DNA from: Steroidobacteraceae bacterium | GTDB lineage: Bacteria; Pseudomonadota; Gammaproteobacteria; Steroidobacterales; Steroidobacteraceae | Direction of reading: 5' to 3' | Length of the DNA: 64,000 bases | NCBI GenBank assembly: GCA_035511775.1 | Contig: DATKEZ010000116.1 | Coordinates: 69-64,068, forward strand | Part shown: in pieces, positions 9,195 through 20,356 of the stretch | Layout: every line of letters begins with the position of its first letter | How positions within the stretch are numbered: position 1 is the stretch's first letter | The notes under the pieces: model-generated | What the model was told of the DNA's origin: nothing | Database searches by the model: none | Seen by the model: only the letters and a program-made list of their open reading frames with translations | Program-made: the position numbers and the translations under genes

Positions 9195-11917
9195 GTGCGC
9201 ATCGCGTCGGCAGCCGGCTCGCGCAGCGCCGCCTGGCGCTCATCGAGCACCTGCACCAGGTGATCCCGCAGCCGCTCGGCGGCGGCCGGCTCGAGCGGGC
9301 GGTTGTCGAAATCGGTGAGGTAGAACACGTCCTCGGCGCGCTCGCCGACGGTCATGATCTTGGCGGCGTGCAGCTCGACGCGCTCCGCCATCAACACCTT
9401 GCCGACCTCGCACAGCAGGCCCGGGCGATCGCCCGCGGTCAGCTCCAGCACCGAGCGACGGTTGCGCTCATCGACGCTGAGCGTGATCTGGGTGGGTGTG
9501 TTGAACATGCGCGCCTGGCGCGGCGCGCGCCGCGACACCGCGAACGGCGCATCCGCCGGTCCTCGGAGCGACCCCCATAGCGCCTGCTCGATCTCCACCT
9601 GCCGGTCGTTGTCGGTGATCGGCGCGCCGTCGTCCTCCAGCAGGTGATAGAGGTCGAGACTGAAGCCGTCACCGCTCGGAGTGATGCGCGCATCGACGAT
9701 GTTGAGGCCGAGCTGATCGAGCGCCGCGGTGGTACGCGCGAACCCATGGCGCCGCGGGCGCGTGTAAATCAGCGCCGCGGTGGTGCCGCGCACGCTGCGC
9801 GGCTCGAGCGCGACCAGCGGCTCATCGGATGCCGCGTCACGCTCGGCAAGGAGCCGTGCATGCCAGGCGATCTCTTCGGGCGAGTGCTGCAGGAAATAGC
9901 CGGCCGAGAAGCGCGTCCACGCGGCCGCGATGTCGCGCTCGCTGACACCGCGCTCGAGCAGCACGCGCCGCGCGGCGTCCTGGGTCTCGCGCACCAGGTG
10001 CTCCGGATCGATCGGGCTCTCCAGTCCCCGCCGCAGGGCGCGCTTCACGCGCTGGTAGAAATCCCCGAACAGCGATGCCTTCCAGGAGTTCCACAGCTTC
10101 GGATTGGTGGCGCGAACGTCCGCGCAGGTGAGCACGTACAGGTAATCCAGATGCGCCTCGTCACCGACCTTGCGCGCGAAGGCGTTGATGACCTGCGGGT
10201 CGCCGATGTCCTGCTTCTGCGAGGTGATCGACAGCTGCAGATGATTGCGCACCAGCCAGGCGACCAGGCGCGCATCGTACGGGGACAGACCCTGCTCGAG
10301 ACAGAACGCCTCCGCGTCCACCGCACCGAGCTCGGAATGATCGCCGCCGCGCCCCTTGGCAATGTCGTGGAACAGCGCGGCGAGGTAGGCGACTTCGCTG
10401 CGCGGCAGCTGCTGCATCACGCGCGAGGCTTCCGGCAGCTCATGGTCGTAACGCGGGATCGCGAAGCGGCGCAGGTTGCTCACCACGAACAGCGTATGTG
10501 CATCGACCGTGTAGGCATGGAACAGGTCGTACTGCATGCGCCCGACGATGCGCCCGAATGCCGGGATGTAACGTCCCAGCACGCCGTAGGTGTTCATGCG
10601 CCGCAGTTCGTGCGTGACGCCCACCGGCGAGCGCAGGATCTCGAGGAACAGGCGGTGATGGCGCGGGTTCTGGCGGAACTCCTCATCGATGAGCCACAGG
10701 TTGCGCGCCACCGCACGCATGGTCGAGGCGCGCACGCCACCGATGTCCGGGTTCTGCTGCAGCAGCACGAACAGCTCGAGCAGCGCCGCGGGGGTGCGCG
10801 CGAATACCTCCTCGCTGACCGCCTCCAGCGAGCCGTTGCGCACCTGGAAGCGCGCATTCAGCGGCCGCGGCGGCTCGCTCTCACTGAGGATCGCCTCGCG
10901 AAACAGCTGCAGCAGCAGCTCGTTCAGCAGGCTCACGTCCATCACCGTGCGGTAGTAGCGCTGCATGAACTGCTCGACCGCGAGGGTGTAGGAGGCATCC
11001 TCGTAACCGAAGCTCTGGGCGAGGCGGATCTGGTAGTCGAACAACAGGCGGTCCTCGCGCCGTGCGGTGAGGGTGTGCAGGCCAAAGCGCACCTTCCACA
11101 GAAACGCCTGCGCCTGCTGCAGGCGGCGCAGCTCCGCGAGCGTGAGGAACCCGTGCGTCACCAGGGCATCGAGGCTGTCGGCGCCGCCGAAATGCCGCTT
11201 CGCCACCCAGGCTATGGTCTGGATGTCGCGCAGGCCTCCGGGGCCGGTCTTGACGTTGGGCTCGAGGTTGTAGGCGGTGTCGTTGGCTTTCAGGTGCCGC
11301 TCGGCCTGCTCGCGCACTTTCGCCTCGAAGAACTGCTTCACCGGCCAGAGCCGCTCGGGTGCGAGCGCGCCGTGCATGGCGGCGAGCAGCTGCGCATCTC
11401 CGGCGAGGAGGCGCGCCTCGATGAGCGTCGTCATGACGCCGACGTCGCCGACGCATTCCTCGGCGCACTGCGCCACGGTGCGTACGCTGTGCCCGACCTC
11501 GAGCCCGATGTCCCACAGGAACGCCACCAGGGTGCCGATGACCGCGCTCCCCGCGGCGTCCGGCGGCCGCGGCACGAGCAGCAGGATGTCGATGTCGGAG
11601 CACGGGTGCAGCTCGCCGCGTCCGTAACCCCCGACCGCGACCAGGGCCCCGGCGAGCGCGGCGCAGTGCCTGCGCCATGCCTCGCGCAGCGCCGCGTCGA
11701 TGAGCGCCGCGCGCGCGTGCACCAGGTGCTCGACCGCCTCTTGCGCGACGAAGCGCGCCTTCAGCTCCCCGTGCGCCTGGCGCAGCAGCTCACGCCAGGC
11801 GGCCGGCTGGTCCGCGGCGGCGAGTTGTGCCGGCAATTGCGCCAGCAGCGGCCAGGAGGCGGCGGGGGACGTGACGGGGCGCGTTTCCTCGAGCAGCTCT
11901 GAGTCCCAGGCGCCCAT
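9191..11917 (-). CDS. glnD: Bifunctional [protein-PII] uridylyltransferase / uridylyl-removing enzyme
   Basis: 908 aa with a nucleotidyltransferase domain (GGYGRGELHPCSDIDILLL), an HD domain (LAALFHDIAKGRGGDH) and two C-terminal ACT domains. Confidence 0.95.
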   Translation of the reverse strand: MGAWDSELLEETRPVTSPAASWPLLAQLPAQLAAADQPAAWRELLRQAHGELKARFVAQEAVEHLVHARAALIDAALREAWRRHCAALAGALVAVGGYGRGELHPCSDIDILLLVPRPPDAAGSAVIGTLVAFLWDIGLEVGHSVRTVAQCAEECVGDVGVMTTLIEARLLAGDAQLLAAMHGALAPERLWPVKQFFEAKVREQAERHLKANDTAYNLEPNVKTGPGGLRDIQTIAWVAKRHFGGADSLDALVTHGFLTLAELRRLQQAQAFLWKVRFGLHTLTARREDRLLFDYQIRLAQSFGYEDASYTLAVEQFMQRYYRTVMDVSLLNELLLQLFREAILSESEPPRPLNARFQVRNGSLEAVSEEVFARTPAALLELFVLLQQNPDIGGVRASTMRAVARNLWLIDEEFRQNPRHHRLFLEILRSPVGVTHELRRMNTYGVLGRYIPAFGRIVGRMQYDLFHAYTVDAHTLFVVSNLRRFAIPRYDHELPEASRVMQQLPRSEVAYLAALFHDIAKGRGGDHSELGAVDAEAFCLEQGLSPYDARLVAWLVRNHLQLSITSQKQDIGDPQVINAFARKVGDEAHLDYLYVLTCADVRATNPKLWNSWKASLFGDFYQRVKRALRRGLESPIDPEHLVRETQDAARRVLLERGVSERDIAAAWTRFSAGYFLQHSPEEIAWHARLLAERDAASDEPLVALEPRSVRGTTAALIYTRPRRHGFARTTAALDQLGLNIVDARITPSGDGFSLDLYHLLEDDGAPITDNDRQVEIEQALWGSLRGPADAPFAVSRRAPRQARMFNTPTQITLSVDERNRRSVLELTAGDRPGLLCEVGKVLMAERVELHAAKIMTVGERAEDVFYLTDFDNRPLEPAAAERLRDHLVQVLDERQAALREPAADAMRT

Positions 11918-11927
11918 CGTGCGCGGA

Positions 11928-12698
11928 CTAATGCTGCGCCCCGTTCGCGGGAAGGGTCAGCACGTCGAACCCGGTGTCGGTGACCAGCACCGTGTGTTCC
12001 CACTGCGCGGACAGGGAGTGATCCTTGGTGATGACGGTCCAGCCGTCGGGCAGCAGGCGCACGTGGCGCTTGCCCGCGTTCACCATGGGCTCGATGGTGA
12101 AGGTCATGCCCGCCTTGAGCTCGAGCCCGGTGCCGGGCTCGCCGTAGTGCAGTACCTGCGGATCCTCATGATACACACGCCCGATGCCGTGGCCGCAGTA
12201 CTCGCGCACCACCGAGTAGTCGTTTTCCTCGACAAAGCTCTGGATGGCGTGGCCGATGTCGCCCAGGTGCGCGCCCGGACGCACCGTCTCGATGCCGCGC
12301 CACATGGCGGCGAAACAGGTCTCGATGAGGCGTTGCGCGTGCGCCGGCGCCTTGCCCACCAGGTACATGCGGCTGGTGTCGCCGTGAAATCCGTCGCGGA
12401 TCACGGTGACGTCGATATTGACGATGTCGCCGGCCTTCAGGCGCTTGTCATTCGGGATGCCGTGGCAGACCACGTGGTTCACCGAGGTGCAGATGGTCTT
12501 GGGGAAGCCGCGGTAGTTGAGGTTCGCAGGCACCGAGCGTTGCACGTTCACGATATAGTCGTGGCAGAGGCGATCGAGCTCCTCGGTCGTCACCCCCGGC
12601 ACCACGTGCTGCGCGATCATGTCGAGCACCTCCGCGGCGAGGCGCCCGGCGGTGCGCATCTTCGCCTGTTCCTCGGGGGACTTGATGGTGACTTGCAT
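11928..12698 (-). CDS. map: Methionine aminopeptidase, type I
   Basis: 256 aa. Contains GFPKTICTSVNHVVCHGIP, DIVNIDVTV and EYCGHGIG metal-site motifs. Confidence 0.95.
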   Translation of the reverse strand: MQVTIKSPEEQAKMRTAGRLAAEVLDMIAQHVVPGVTTEELDRLCHDYIVNVQRSVPANLNYRGFPKTICTSVNHVVCHGIPNDKRLKAGDIVNIDVTVIRDGFHGDTSRMYLVGKAPAHAQRLIETCFAAMWRGIETVRPGAHLGDIGHAIQSFVEENDYSVVREYCGHGIGRVYHEDPQVLHYGEPGTGLELKAGMTFTIEPMVNAGKRHVRLLPDGWTVITKDHSLSAQWEHTVLVTDTGFDVLTLPANGAQH

Positions 12699-12759
12699 GG
12701 GATGGGAAATTTCGGTCGCGGCGCCTTAAGGCAAGCGGCTGCCGGGGCAGCGTAAGACA

Positions 12760-12788
12760 TTGTTCCAACGAGGTCTTCATGGTATAAA
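12760..12788 (+). promoter_or_regulatory. Sigma-70-type promoter candidate for rpsB-tsf
   Basis: -35 TTGTTC (12760-12765), 17-nt spacer, extended -10 TGgTATAAA (12780-12788), about 140 nt upstream of the rpsB ATG. Confidence 0.5.
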
Positions 12789-12926
12789 GCGCGGCCTTTT
12801 TTGGCAACGTAACCCACACGCGCATCGTTAACCTTGGTGACTGGGTGTCCTGAAGGACGAGCCTCACGGCTCACCGCAGGATGGTCACGGGGATGCGCGG
12901 AGGCTCAACCCACACAGGAGTCTTTC

Positions 12927-13940
12927 ATGCCCGGCGTGTCCATGCGACAGATGCTGGAGGCGGGAGTCCATTTCGGACATCAGACCCGCTTCTGGAACCC
13001 GAAGATGGCTCCCTACATCTTCGGCGAGCGAAACCGGATCCACATCATCAACCTCGAGAAGACGCAGCCGATGTACACGGAAGCTGCGCAGTTCATCAAG
13101 GGAGTGATTGCCGACGGCGGCAAGGTACTGTTCGTCGGCACCAAGCGCTCCGCGCGCGAGTCGATCCAGAAGGAAGCCGAGCGTGCGGCGCAGCCGTACG
13201 TGAACCAGCGCTGGCTGGGCGGCATGCTCACGAACTTCAAGACCATCCGCCAGTCCATCAAGCGGCTCGGGGAGATCACCGAGCTCGCCGCCTCCGGTGC
13301 GCTGGAGAAGCGCGGCAAGAAAGAGGCCACCCAGCTGCGGCGCGAGATGGACAAGCTCGAGAGGAGTCTCGGCGGCATCAAGCACATGGACTCGCTCCCG
13401 GACGCCCTGTTCGTGGTCGACGTAGGGCACGAGAACATCGCGCTTCACGAGGCCAAGAAGCTCGGCATTCCGGTGGTCGCCATCGTCGACACCAACTGCT
13501 CCCCCGATGGCATCGACTACGTGATCCCGGGCAACGACGATGCCATGCGCGCCATCCAGCTGTATGCCGCCGGGATCGCCGACGCGGTGCTCGAGGGCAA
13601 GGAGTCGGTGCCGCAGGTCGCGGTCGGGGAGGACGAGTTCGTCGAGCTCGATGAGGCGGGCAACCCGCGCAAGAAGGCCGCACGCGGGCGGCAGCGCCCG
13701 CAGGCGACGGTGCGCAAGAAGGCACCGGCACGGCGCAAGCTCCCGCCCGTCAAGGCACCGGCCGTCGCGGTCGAGGAGCTGCTCGGCGCCGAGGACGAGG
13801 ATCTCGAGGCGGAGGAGGCGGCGGAGCCGGTCGCGGCCGCCGGCACGGTTCCGCCACCCGAGGCCGTGGCGCGCCGGCCCACCGCCGCGCCCGGCCGCCG
13901 CAAGGGCCGTGGCACCGCGGGCGCCGGTTCGGCCGAGTAA
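12927..13940 (+). CDS. rpsB: 30S ribosomal protein S2, with a roughly 90-aa charged C-terminal extension
   Basis: ATG 12927 is preceded by AGGAG (12916-12920). N-terminus [36 protein letters not shown] is canonical S2. The track ORF start at 12834 is an upstream extension. Confidence 0.95.
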   Translation: MPGVSMRQMLEAGVHFGHQTRFWNPKMAPYIFGERNRIHIINLEKTQPMYTEAAQFIKGVIADGGKVLFVGTKRSARESIQKEAERAAQPYVNQRWLGGMLTNFKTIRQSIKRLGEITELAASGALEKRGKKEATQLRREMDKLERSLGGIKHMDSLPDALFVVDVGHENIALHEAKKLGIPVVAIVDTNCSPDGIDYVIPGNDDAMRAIQLYAAGIADAVLEGKESVPQVAVGEDEFVELDEAGNPRKKAARGRQRPQATVRKKAPARRKLPPVKAPAVAVEELLGAEDEDLEAEEAAEPVAAAGTVPPPEAVARRPTAAPGRRKGRGTAGAGSAE

Positions 13941-13961
13941 AGCAAGGACCACAGTTTGCCC

Positions 13962-14825
13962 ATGAACATCACAGCAGACGCAGTCAAGCAGCTCCGCGAG
14001 CGCACCGGCGCGGGCATGATGGAGTGCAAGAGGGCGCTCGTCGAAGCCAAGGGCGACCTGGACGCCGCCGCCGAGCTCATGCGCAAGCAGGGGCACGCCA
14101 AGGCCGACAAGAAAGCGGCGCGCGTGGCCACCGAGGGTGTGGTGGTCATCGCCAGGTCCGCCGATGAGCGCACCGCCGCCATGGTCGAGATCAACTGCGA
14201 GACCGACTTCGTCGCCCGCGAGCAGAGCTTCCGCGCCTTCGCCCAGGCAGTGGCCGAGTGCGCTCTCACCTCGATGCCGGCGAGCCTCGCGGCGCTGGGG
14301 GAGGCGAAGCTGCCGTCCGGCGAGAGCATCGAGGAGCGGCGCCGGGCGCTGGTGGCGAAGATCGGCGAGAACATCAGCGTGCGGCGCTTTGCAGTGCTCA
14401 GCACGCCTGAGCACCTGGGGGCCTACGTGCACGGCACGCGCATCGGGGCGTTAGTGGCGGTGAGGGGTGGCGGGGCGAGTCTCGCTTATGATCTGGCGAT
14501 GCACGTGGCGGCCAGCAACCCCCGCTACCTGACGCAGGCCCAGGTGCCTGCGGAGGTTATGGCGAAGGAGCGCGAGATTCTCACGCAGCAGGCGCAGGGC
14601 GAGGGCAAGCCGCCCGAGATCGTCGCCCGGATGGTCGAGGGCAGGCTCCGTAAGGCCCTGGGGGAGATCACCCTCGCCGGCCAGCCGTTCGTCAAGGATC
14701 TGGACGTGACGATCGAGAAGTTGTTGAAGGGTGCCAAGGCGGAGGTCGTGGCGTTCGAGCGCTTCGAGGTCGGTGCCGGCATCGAGAAGAGGCAGGACGG
14801 CGCGGGACCTGCGGTCAGGCACTGA
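13962..14825 (+). CDS. tsf: Elongation factor Ts
   Basis: [26 protein letters not shown] matches the EF-Ts N-terminus. The track start at 13956 is a TTG two codons upstream. Confidence 0.95.
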   Translation: MNITADAVKQLRERTGAGMMECKRALVEAKGDLDAAAELMRKQGHAKADKKAARVATEGVVVIARSADERTAAMVEINCETDFVAREQSFRAFAQAVAECALTSMPASLAALGEAKLPSGESIEERRRALVAKIGENISVRRFAVLSTPEHLGAYVHGTRIGALVAVRGGGASLAYDLAMHVAASNPRYLTQAQVPAEVMAKEREILTQQAQGEGKPPEIVARMVEGRLRKALGEITLAGQPFVKDLDVTIEKLLKGAKAEVVAFERFEVGAGIEKRQDGAGPAVRH

Positions 14826-14852
14826 AGCGCGGGTACTCCTCAAGGACGCAAA

Positions 14853-14876
14853 CCCCGCCGCGCGCGGGGTTTTTTC
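14853..14876 (+). terminator. Rho-independent terminator after tsf
   Basis: Stem CCCCGC (14853-14858) pairs with GCGGGG (14864-14869) around the 5-nt loop CGCGC, followed by T6 (14870-14875). Confidence 0.8.
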
Positions 14877-14895
14877 CATCGGCGGAGGTGCTGAG

Positions 14896-15621
14896 ATGAC
14901 GCAAGCCAAGGCGCGCTACTCGAGGATCCTGGTGAAACTCTCGGGTGAGGCGCTGATGGGGACTGGCGACTACGGCATCGAGCCGGCGGTCATCCGGCGC
15001 ATCGCCGGGGAGCTGCAGGACATCCGGCAGATGGAGGTGCAGGTCGCGGTGGTGATCGGTGGCGGCAACATCTTCCGCGGCGCGGGCCTGGCGCGTGCCG
15101 GCATGGACCGGGTGGCGGCCGACCACATGGGAATGCTCGCCACGGTGATGAATGCGCTCGCCATGCAGGATGCGCTCGAGAGCTTGGGCATGCACGCCCG
15201 GGTGATGTCGGCGATCCGCATCAACGAAGTGTGCGAGGACTACATCCGCCGCCGCGCCATGCGGCACCTGGAGAAGGGTCGCGTCGCGATCTTCGCCGCC
15301 GGCACCGGCAACCCGTTCTTCACCACCGACACCGCCGCCGCGCTGCGCGCCATCGAGATCAACGCCGACGTGCTGCTGAAGGCCACCAAGGTGAACGGCG
15401 TGTATTCGGATGATCCGCTGCGCAACCCCGGCGCGGTGCGCTACGCGCGCCTGACCTTCGACCGGGTGCTCAGCGAGAAGCTCAACGTCATGGATGCCAC
15501 CGCCATCGTCATGTGTCGCGACAACCGCTTGCCTTTGCGGGTGTTCAATCTCAACAATCCCGGGGATCTCACCCGCATCGTACGCGGCGAGGATGTGGGC
15601 ACGGCCGTGACGTTCGAGTGA
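14896..15621 (+). CDS. pyrH: UMP kinase
   Basis: ATG 14896. [22 protein letters not shown]... is the canonical PyrH N-terminus, preceded by GGAGG at 14884-14888. Confidence 0.95.
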   Translation: MTQAKARYSRILVKLSGEALMGTGDYGIEPAVIRRIAGELQDIRQMEVQVAVVIGGGNIFRGAGLARAGMDRVAADHMGMLATVMNALAMQDALESLGMHARVMSAIRINEVCEDYIRRRAMRHLEKGRVAIFAAGTGNPFFTTDTAAALRAIEINADVLLKATKVNGVYSDDPLRNPGAVRYARLTFDRVLSEKLNVMDATAIVMCRDNRLPLRVFNLNNPGDLTRIVRGEDVGTAVTFE

Positions 15622-15648
15622 GCAGCGCAGCATCGAGGAGAACGCCCC

Positions 15649-16206
15649 ATGCTCGAAGACCTCAAGAAAGATGCCGCTACGCGCATGGCGAAGTGCGTAC
15701 AGAACTTCCAGGCGGACCTGAAGAAGTTGCGCACCGGGCGGGCGCACCCGAGCCTCGTCGAGCACCTGAAGGTGGATTACTACGGCTCGGAGGTGCCGCT
15801 GCAGCAGGTGGCGAGCATCGCGGTCGAGGAGGGCCGCACGCTGGTCATTTCCCCGTGGGAGAAGAGCAGCGTGCAGGCGATCGAGAAGGCGATCTTCAAG
15901 TCCGATCTCGGGCTCACGCCCATGACCGCCGGCACCGTGATCCGCATTCCCATGCCGCCGCTCACCGAGGAACGGCGCCGCGAGATCACCAAGGTGCTGC
16001 GGCACGACGCGGAGAACGCCCGCGTCGCGGTGCGCAACGTACGCCGCGATGTCATGAACGACATCAAGGACATGCTGAAGGAGAAACTGGTCTCGCAGGA
16101 CGATGAGCGGCGCGCTGAGCTCGAGGTGCAGAAGCTCACCGACAAACACATCGCCGACATCGAGGCACTGCTCGCCGCCAAGGAGAAAGAGGTCATGCAG
16201 GTGTGA
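15649..16206 (+). CDS. frr: Ribosome recycling factor
   Basis: 185 aa. Typical RRF sequence (..RTGRAHPSLVEHLKVDYYGSEVPLQQVASI..). SD GAGGAG at 15635-15640. Confidence 0.95.
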   Translation: MLEDLKKDAATRMAKCVQNFQADLKKLRTGRAHPSLVEHLKVDYYGSEVPLQQVASIAVEEGRTLVISPWEKSSVQAIEKAIFKSDLGLTPMTAGTVIRIPMPPLTEERRREITKVLRHDAENARVAVRNVRRDVMNDIKDMLKEKLVSQDDERRAELEVQKLTDKHIADIEALLAAKEKEVMQV

Positions 16207-16949
16207 TGGTCGTCCCCGCCTTGAAACTCACTCCCAGGCACATCGCGATCACCATGGACGGCAACGGCCGCTGGGCGGCGGCGCGCGGTCTCACGCGCTC
16301 CGCCGGACACCGCGCCGGGCTCACGCCGGTGCGCATGTGTATCGAGGAATGCACGCGCCGCGGCGTGGAGGCCCTCACGCTGTTCGCCTTCTCGAGCGAG
16401 AACTGGGGGCGGCCGGCGCAGGAGGTCGGCAGTCTCATGGGTCTGTTCCTCGAGGCGCTCGAGCGCGAACTCGAGGAGCTGCACGCCAAGGGGGTGCGGC
16501 TGCGCTTCATCGGGGAGCGCCGCGATCTGCCGGTGCGGCTGCAGGCACGCTTCGCGGCCGCGCAGGAGCGCACCGCCGGCAACGGCGGGCTCAAGCTCCA
16601 GGTGGCCGTGAGTTACGGGGGACGCTGGGATATTATTCAGGCGACTCAGAAGCTTGCGAAGGAATGCTCGAGCGGTGCATTACGGCCGGAGGATATCAGC
16701 GAGGGCCGCTTCGCGGCTGAGCTCGCGCTCGCGGGACTACCGCCGGCGGAGCTGCTCATCCGCAGCGGTGGTGAGTACCGCGTCAGCAACTTCCTGCTCT
16801 GGGATCTCGCTTACGCGGAGCTGTATTTCAGTTCGCGGCTGTGGCCTGATTTCACGGTGACGGACCTGGAGGATGCGCTGGCGTTCTTCGCAAGCCGCGA
16901 GCGGCGCTTCGGCCACACCGCGGCGCCATCCGCGGCGGCGCAAGCCTGA
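16203..16949 (+). CDS. uppS: Ditrans,polycis-undecaprenyl-diphosphate synthase
   Basis: HIAITMDGNGRWA and FAFSSENWGRP motifs. The start is either GTG 16203 or ATG 16206; both overlap the frr TGA. Confidence 0.93.
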   Translation: MMVVPALKLTPRHIAITMDGNGRWAAARGLTRSAGHRAGLTPVRMCIEECTRRGVEALTLFAFSSENWGRPAQEVGSLMGLFLEALERELEELHAKGVRLRFIGERRDLPVRLQARFAAAQERTAGNGGLKLQVAVSYGGRWDIIQATQKLAKECSSGALRPEDISEGRFAAELALAGLPPAELLIRSGGEYRVSNFLLWDLAYAELYFSSRLWPDFTVTDLEDALAFFASRERRFGHTAAPSAAAQA

Positions 16950-16956
16950 AGGCACC

Positions 16957-17769
16957 GTGACCGAGTCGCTGCGCAAACGAGTCCTGACCGCCGTGGTGCT
17001 GGCCGTGGTACTGCTTGCCATCGTGCTGTGGCTGCCTGCGGGAGCGACCGTGGGCGTGATGACGCTGCTGGTGCTGGCCGGGGCGTGGGAGTGGTCCGCG
17101 TTCCTCTTGCTGCCGGCTCCGGCGCTGCGCGCCGCCTACGTACTGCTGGTGGCGGCGCTGCTCCTGGGCGCGTGGCGCATCTGCGCCACGCCCGAGGGCC
17201 GCGAACTGCTGCTCAGCGTGGCGGTGCTGTGGTGGCTGACGGCGCTGCTGTGGATCGCCTTCGCGCCGCGGCGCGTTTCGCCCTGGTCCGCCGCCGCCGC
17301 CGGGGTGCTGGCGCTGGTGCCCGCCTGGCTCGCGATGGTGCGCCTGCGCCTCGCGCTGCCGCACGGCGCACAATGGGTGCTGTTCGCGTTGGTGCTCGTA
17401 TGGGTCGCGGACATCGGCGCGTTCTTTTTCGGCCGCCGCTTCGGGCGCGTGCGCCTCGCGCCCGAGGTGTCGCCGGGCAAGACCTGGGAGGGAGTGTTGG
17501 GAGGGATTGCGCTGAGCGCACTGGTCGCGATCGCGGGCAGCCTGTGGTTTCATGTGCCGCTCGCGGCGTTCCTGCCGCTGTGTCTCACCGCGGTTGCCTT
17601 CTCGATCATCGGCGACCTCACCGAGAGTCTGCTGAAGCGCTTCGCCGGCGTGAAGGACAGCGGCCGCGTGTTTCCGGGACACGGCGGGGTCATGGACCGC
17701 ATCGACAGTCTGACCGGGGCGGCTCCGGTGCTGCTGCTCGGGCTCACGCTGCTCGGAGTGGTGCGGTGA
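16957..17769 (+). CDS. cdsA: Phosphatidate cytidylyltransferase
   Basis: Multi-TM protein with the CdsA signature ..[32 protein letters not shown].. and [14 protein letters not shown] 16957 was chosen to avoid overlap with uppS; the exact start is uncertain. Confidence 0.9.
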   Translation: MTESLRKRVLTAVVLAVVLLAIVLWLPAGATVGVMTLLVLAGAWEWSAFLLLPAPALRAAYVLLVAALLLGAWRICATPEGRELLLSVAVLWWLTALLWIAFAPRRVSPWSAAAAGVLALVPAWLAMVRLRLALPHGAQWVLFALVLVWVADIGAFFFGRRFGRVRLAPEVSPGKTWEGVLGGIALSALVAIAGSLWFHVPLAAFLPLCLTAVAFSIIGDLTESLLKRFAGVKDSGRVFPGHGGVMDRIDSLTGAAPVLLLGLTLLGVVR

Positions 17770-18974
17770 TCGGCGTCGCCGTGCTCGGCTCGACCGGCTC
17801 CGTGGGCGAGAGCACGCTCGAGGTGCTCGCGCGTCACCCGGATCGTTTCCGCCTGGTGGCGATCGCGGCCAACACCAACGCCGCGAAGCTCGCGCAACAG
17901 GTGCTCACCTGGCGCCCGGCCTACGCGGCTCTGGCTGACGAGCGGGCCGCGGGCGAGTTGCGTGAGCTGCTGGGCCGCGCGGCCCCGCAGACGCGCGTGC
18001 TCGCGGGCGGCGCAGCGCTCGAGGAGATCGCACAGGTCGCCGAGGTGCAGTGTGTCATGGCCGCGATCGTCGGCGCGGCCGGCCTGCGCTCCACTCTGGC
18101 GGCGGCGCGGGCCGGCAAGCGGCTGCTGCTCGCCAACAAGGAGGCGCTGGTGATGGCGGGCCCGCTGCTGATTGCAGAGGTGAAGCGCTCCGGCGCCACG
18201 CTGTTGCCGATCGACAGCGAGCACAATGCCATCTTCCAGTGCCTGCCGCCGGGTGTGATCCCGGGAGTGGCGCCGCCGGGCTTAAGGCGCGTACTGCTGA
18301 CCGCTTCCGGCGGGCCGTTTCGCGACCTGCCGGGCGAGGCGCTCGCCGCCGTCACTCCGGAAGCAGCGCTGGCGCATCCCAACTGGGTCATGGGCCGCAA
18401 GATCTCGGTCGACTCCGCCACCCTCATGAACAAGGGGCTGGAGTTCATCGAGGCGTGCCTGCTGTTCGGCTTGACGCCCGCACAGGTGCAGGTCCTCGTG
18501 CACCCGCAGAGCATCGTGCATTCCCTGGTCGAGTACCTCGACGGCTCGGTGCTCGCGCAGCTGTCCGCGCCGGACATGCGCACGCCGATCGCTCACGCGC
18601 TCGCCTGGCCGGAGAGAATCAGCTCCGGGGTAGAGTTCCTCGACTTGCTCAAGGTCGGGCGGCTCGAGTTCCGGGCCCCCGATACCGCCAGGTTCCCGTG
18701 CCTCGCGCTGGCGCAGGCCGCGGCGCGCGCCGGCGGGCTCGATCCGGTGGTGCTGAACGCGGCCAACGAGGTCGCGGTCCAGGCATTCCTCGAGCGCCGA
18801 TTGAACTTTCCCGGTATCGCGACGGTCATTGAAGCCGTAGTGCAGCGCGGCACCGGGGGGGCGATCGGCGGGCTCGATGACGTGCTGGCCGCCGACGCAG
18901 AAGGCAGAGTGCGCGCACGCGAGCGGATCGACGGCATCACGAGAAGTGCAGCGGTAAGGGGCGCTCACGCATGA
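17766..18974 (+). CDS. dxr: 1-deoxy-D-xylulose 5-phosphate reductoisomerase
   Basis: (V)[24 protein letters not shown] is the canonical Dxr N-terminus. GTG 17766 overlaps the cdsA TGA (GTGA). The track start at 17028 is an artefact. Confidence 0.95.
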   Translation: MIGVAVLGSTGSVGESTLEVLARHPDRFRLVAIAANTNAAKLAQQVLTWRPAYAALADERAAGELRELLGRAAPQTRVLAGGAALEEIAQVAEVQCVMAAIVGAAGLRSTLAAARAGKRLLLANKEALVMAGPLLIAEVKRSGATLLPIDSEHNAIFQCLPPGVIPGVAPPGLRRVLLTASGGPFRDLPGEALAAVTPEAALAHPNWVMGRKISVDSATLMNKGLEFIEACLLFGLTPAQVQVLVHPQSIVHSLVEYLDGSVLAQLSAPDMRTPIAHALAWPERISSGVEFLDLLKVGRLEFRAPDTARFPCLALAQAAARAGGLDPVVLNAANEVAVQAFLERRLNFPGIATVIEAVVQRGTGGAIGGLDDVLAADAEGRVRARERIDGITRSAAVRGAHA

Positions 18975-20341
18975 GTGTGGTCTGGTACGCGCTGTGGTTC
19001 GTGATCGCCGTGGGCCTGCTGGTCACGGTGCATGAGTTCGGCCATTTCTGGGTCGCGCGCCGGCTCGGCTTCAAGGTGCTGCGCTTCTCCATCGGCTTCG
19101 GCAAGCCGCTCTGGAAGTACGTCCATCCCGAGGGGCACGAATTCTGGATCTCCCCGCTGCCGCTCGGCGGCTACGTGAAGCTGCTCGATGAGCGCGAAGG
19201 TCCGGTGGAGCCGCACGAGCTGGCGCGCTCCTTCACGCGCCGTCCGCCCTGGCAACGCATCGTGGTGCTGCTCGCAGGACCTGCCTTCAACATCCTGTTC
19301 GCGGTGCTGGTGCTGTGGGGCATGTTGTGGGTGAACGGTGTCACCGAGGTCAGGCCGATCGTCGGCGATGTGGCCGCGGGCTCGCTGGCCGCCGCCGCCG
19401 GCCTGCATAGCGGGGATGAGATTCGCGCCGTCAACGGCAGCGCGGTGGCGGGTCAGCGCGACGTGGTGTTCGGCCTGCTGGACGCCATGAGCTCGCGGGG
19501 CGAAGCTGCCTTGAGCGTGCGCGGCAGCAGCGGCGAGCTTCGCGACGCGAAACTGCGCGTGCCCGATGCCGAGCAGCGCCGGCGCCTCACCGAACCGGCG
19601 GAGTTGTTCCGCGGACTCGGATTTCAGTTCTGGACGCCCCCGCTCCCGGCCGTGCTGGGTCAGGTGATGCCCGACGGGCCGGCGGCGCGCGCCGGACTGC
19701 ACCCCGGGGATGAGATCGTCGCGATCGACGGGGAGCCGGTGCACGACTTCCGCGAAATCGTCGCGTTCATCAGCGCGCACCCCGGCGAGCGCGTGACCAT
19801 CGACTATCGGCGCGGCGGCAGCGCGCACCGCGTGCAGCTGCAGGTACTGACCGAGCAGGTCGCGGGCAAGCGCGTCGGCCGCATCCACGTCACCCAGCCA
19901 CCCGGCAAGGGCTACCCCGAGAGCATGCTGCGGCACACCGAGCTCGGCGCGGCGGTGGCGCTGGTGCGCGCCGGCGGGGAAGCCTGGAGCATGACTGTGC
20001 TGCAGGCGCGCCTGTTCTGGCGCATGGTGCTGGGGCGCGTGTCGCTGAAGAATCTGAGCGGCCCGCTGTCGATCGCCGAGTTCGCCGGCGACTCGGCCGA
20101 GGCGGGCGTGGCGGCGTTCCTCGGCTTCCTGGTGCTCATCTCCCTGTCGCTGGGGTTCCTCAACCTGTTGCCGATTCCGATCCTGGATGGCGGGCAGATC
20201 GTCTTCCAGCTGGTGGAGTGGCTGAAGGGCAGCCCGTTGTCGGAGCGGGCCCAGTCTCTGGGACAGCAGCTTGGCATCGCCCTGCTCATCGTCCTGATGG
20301 GTGTCGCGCTCTACAACGATATTGCGCGCCAGTTCGGCTGA
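18971..20341 (+). CDS. rseP: Site-2 zinc metalloprotease RseP
   Basis: 456 aa with [11 protein letters not shown] (HExxH), tandem PDZ domains and a C-terminal LDGG motif ([12 protein letters not shown]). Its ATG overlaps the dxr TGA. Confidence 0.93.
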   Translation: MSVVWYALWFVIAVGLLVTVHEFGHFWVARRLGFKVLRFSIGFGKPLWKYVHPEGHEFWISPLPLGGYVKLLDEREGPVEPHELARSFTRRPPWQRIVVLLAGPAFNILFAVLVLWGMLWVNGVTEVRPIVGDVAAGSLAAAAGLHSGDEIRAVNGSAVAGQRDVVFGLLDAMSSRGEAALSVRGSSGELRDAKLRVPDAEQRRRLTEPAELFRGLGFQFWTPPLPAVLGQVMPDGPAARAGLHPGDEIVAIDGEPVHDFREIVAFISAHPGERVTIDYRRGGSAHRVQLQVLTEQVAGKRVGRIHVTQPPGKGYPESMLRHTELGAAVALVRAGGEAWSMTVLQARLFWRMVLGRVSLKNLSGPLSIAEFAGDSAEAGVAAFLGFLVLISLSLGFLNLLPIPILDGGQIVFQLVEWLKGSPLSERAQSLGQQLGIALLIVLMGVALYNDIARQFG

Positions 20342-20356
20342 GCGTGCGGGCTGAGC

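Noticed and set aside
12834-12926. 5' extensions of many track ORFs: rpsB 12834, pyrH 14731, cdsA 16873, dxr 17028, bamA 20218, lpxD 23075, lpxA 24782, accA 31116, tilS 32086, pyrG 33768, ispF 38353, recJ 48305, ygfZ 53962, sdhD 54216, sdhA 54605, sdhE 57322 and DUF4845 63254.
   Set aside because: The longest-ORF rule (ATG, GTG or TTG) runs into the upstream gene. Conserved protein N-termini, SD sequences and stop/start overlaps point to the downstream starts listed in the features.
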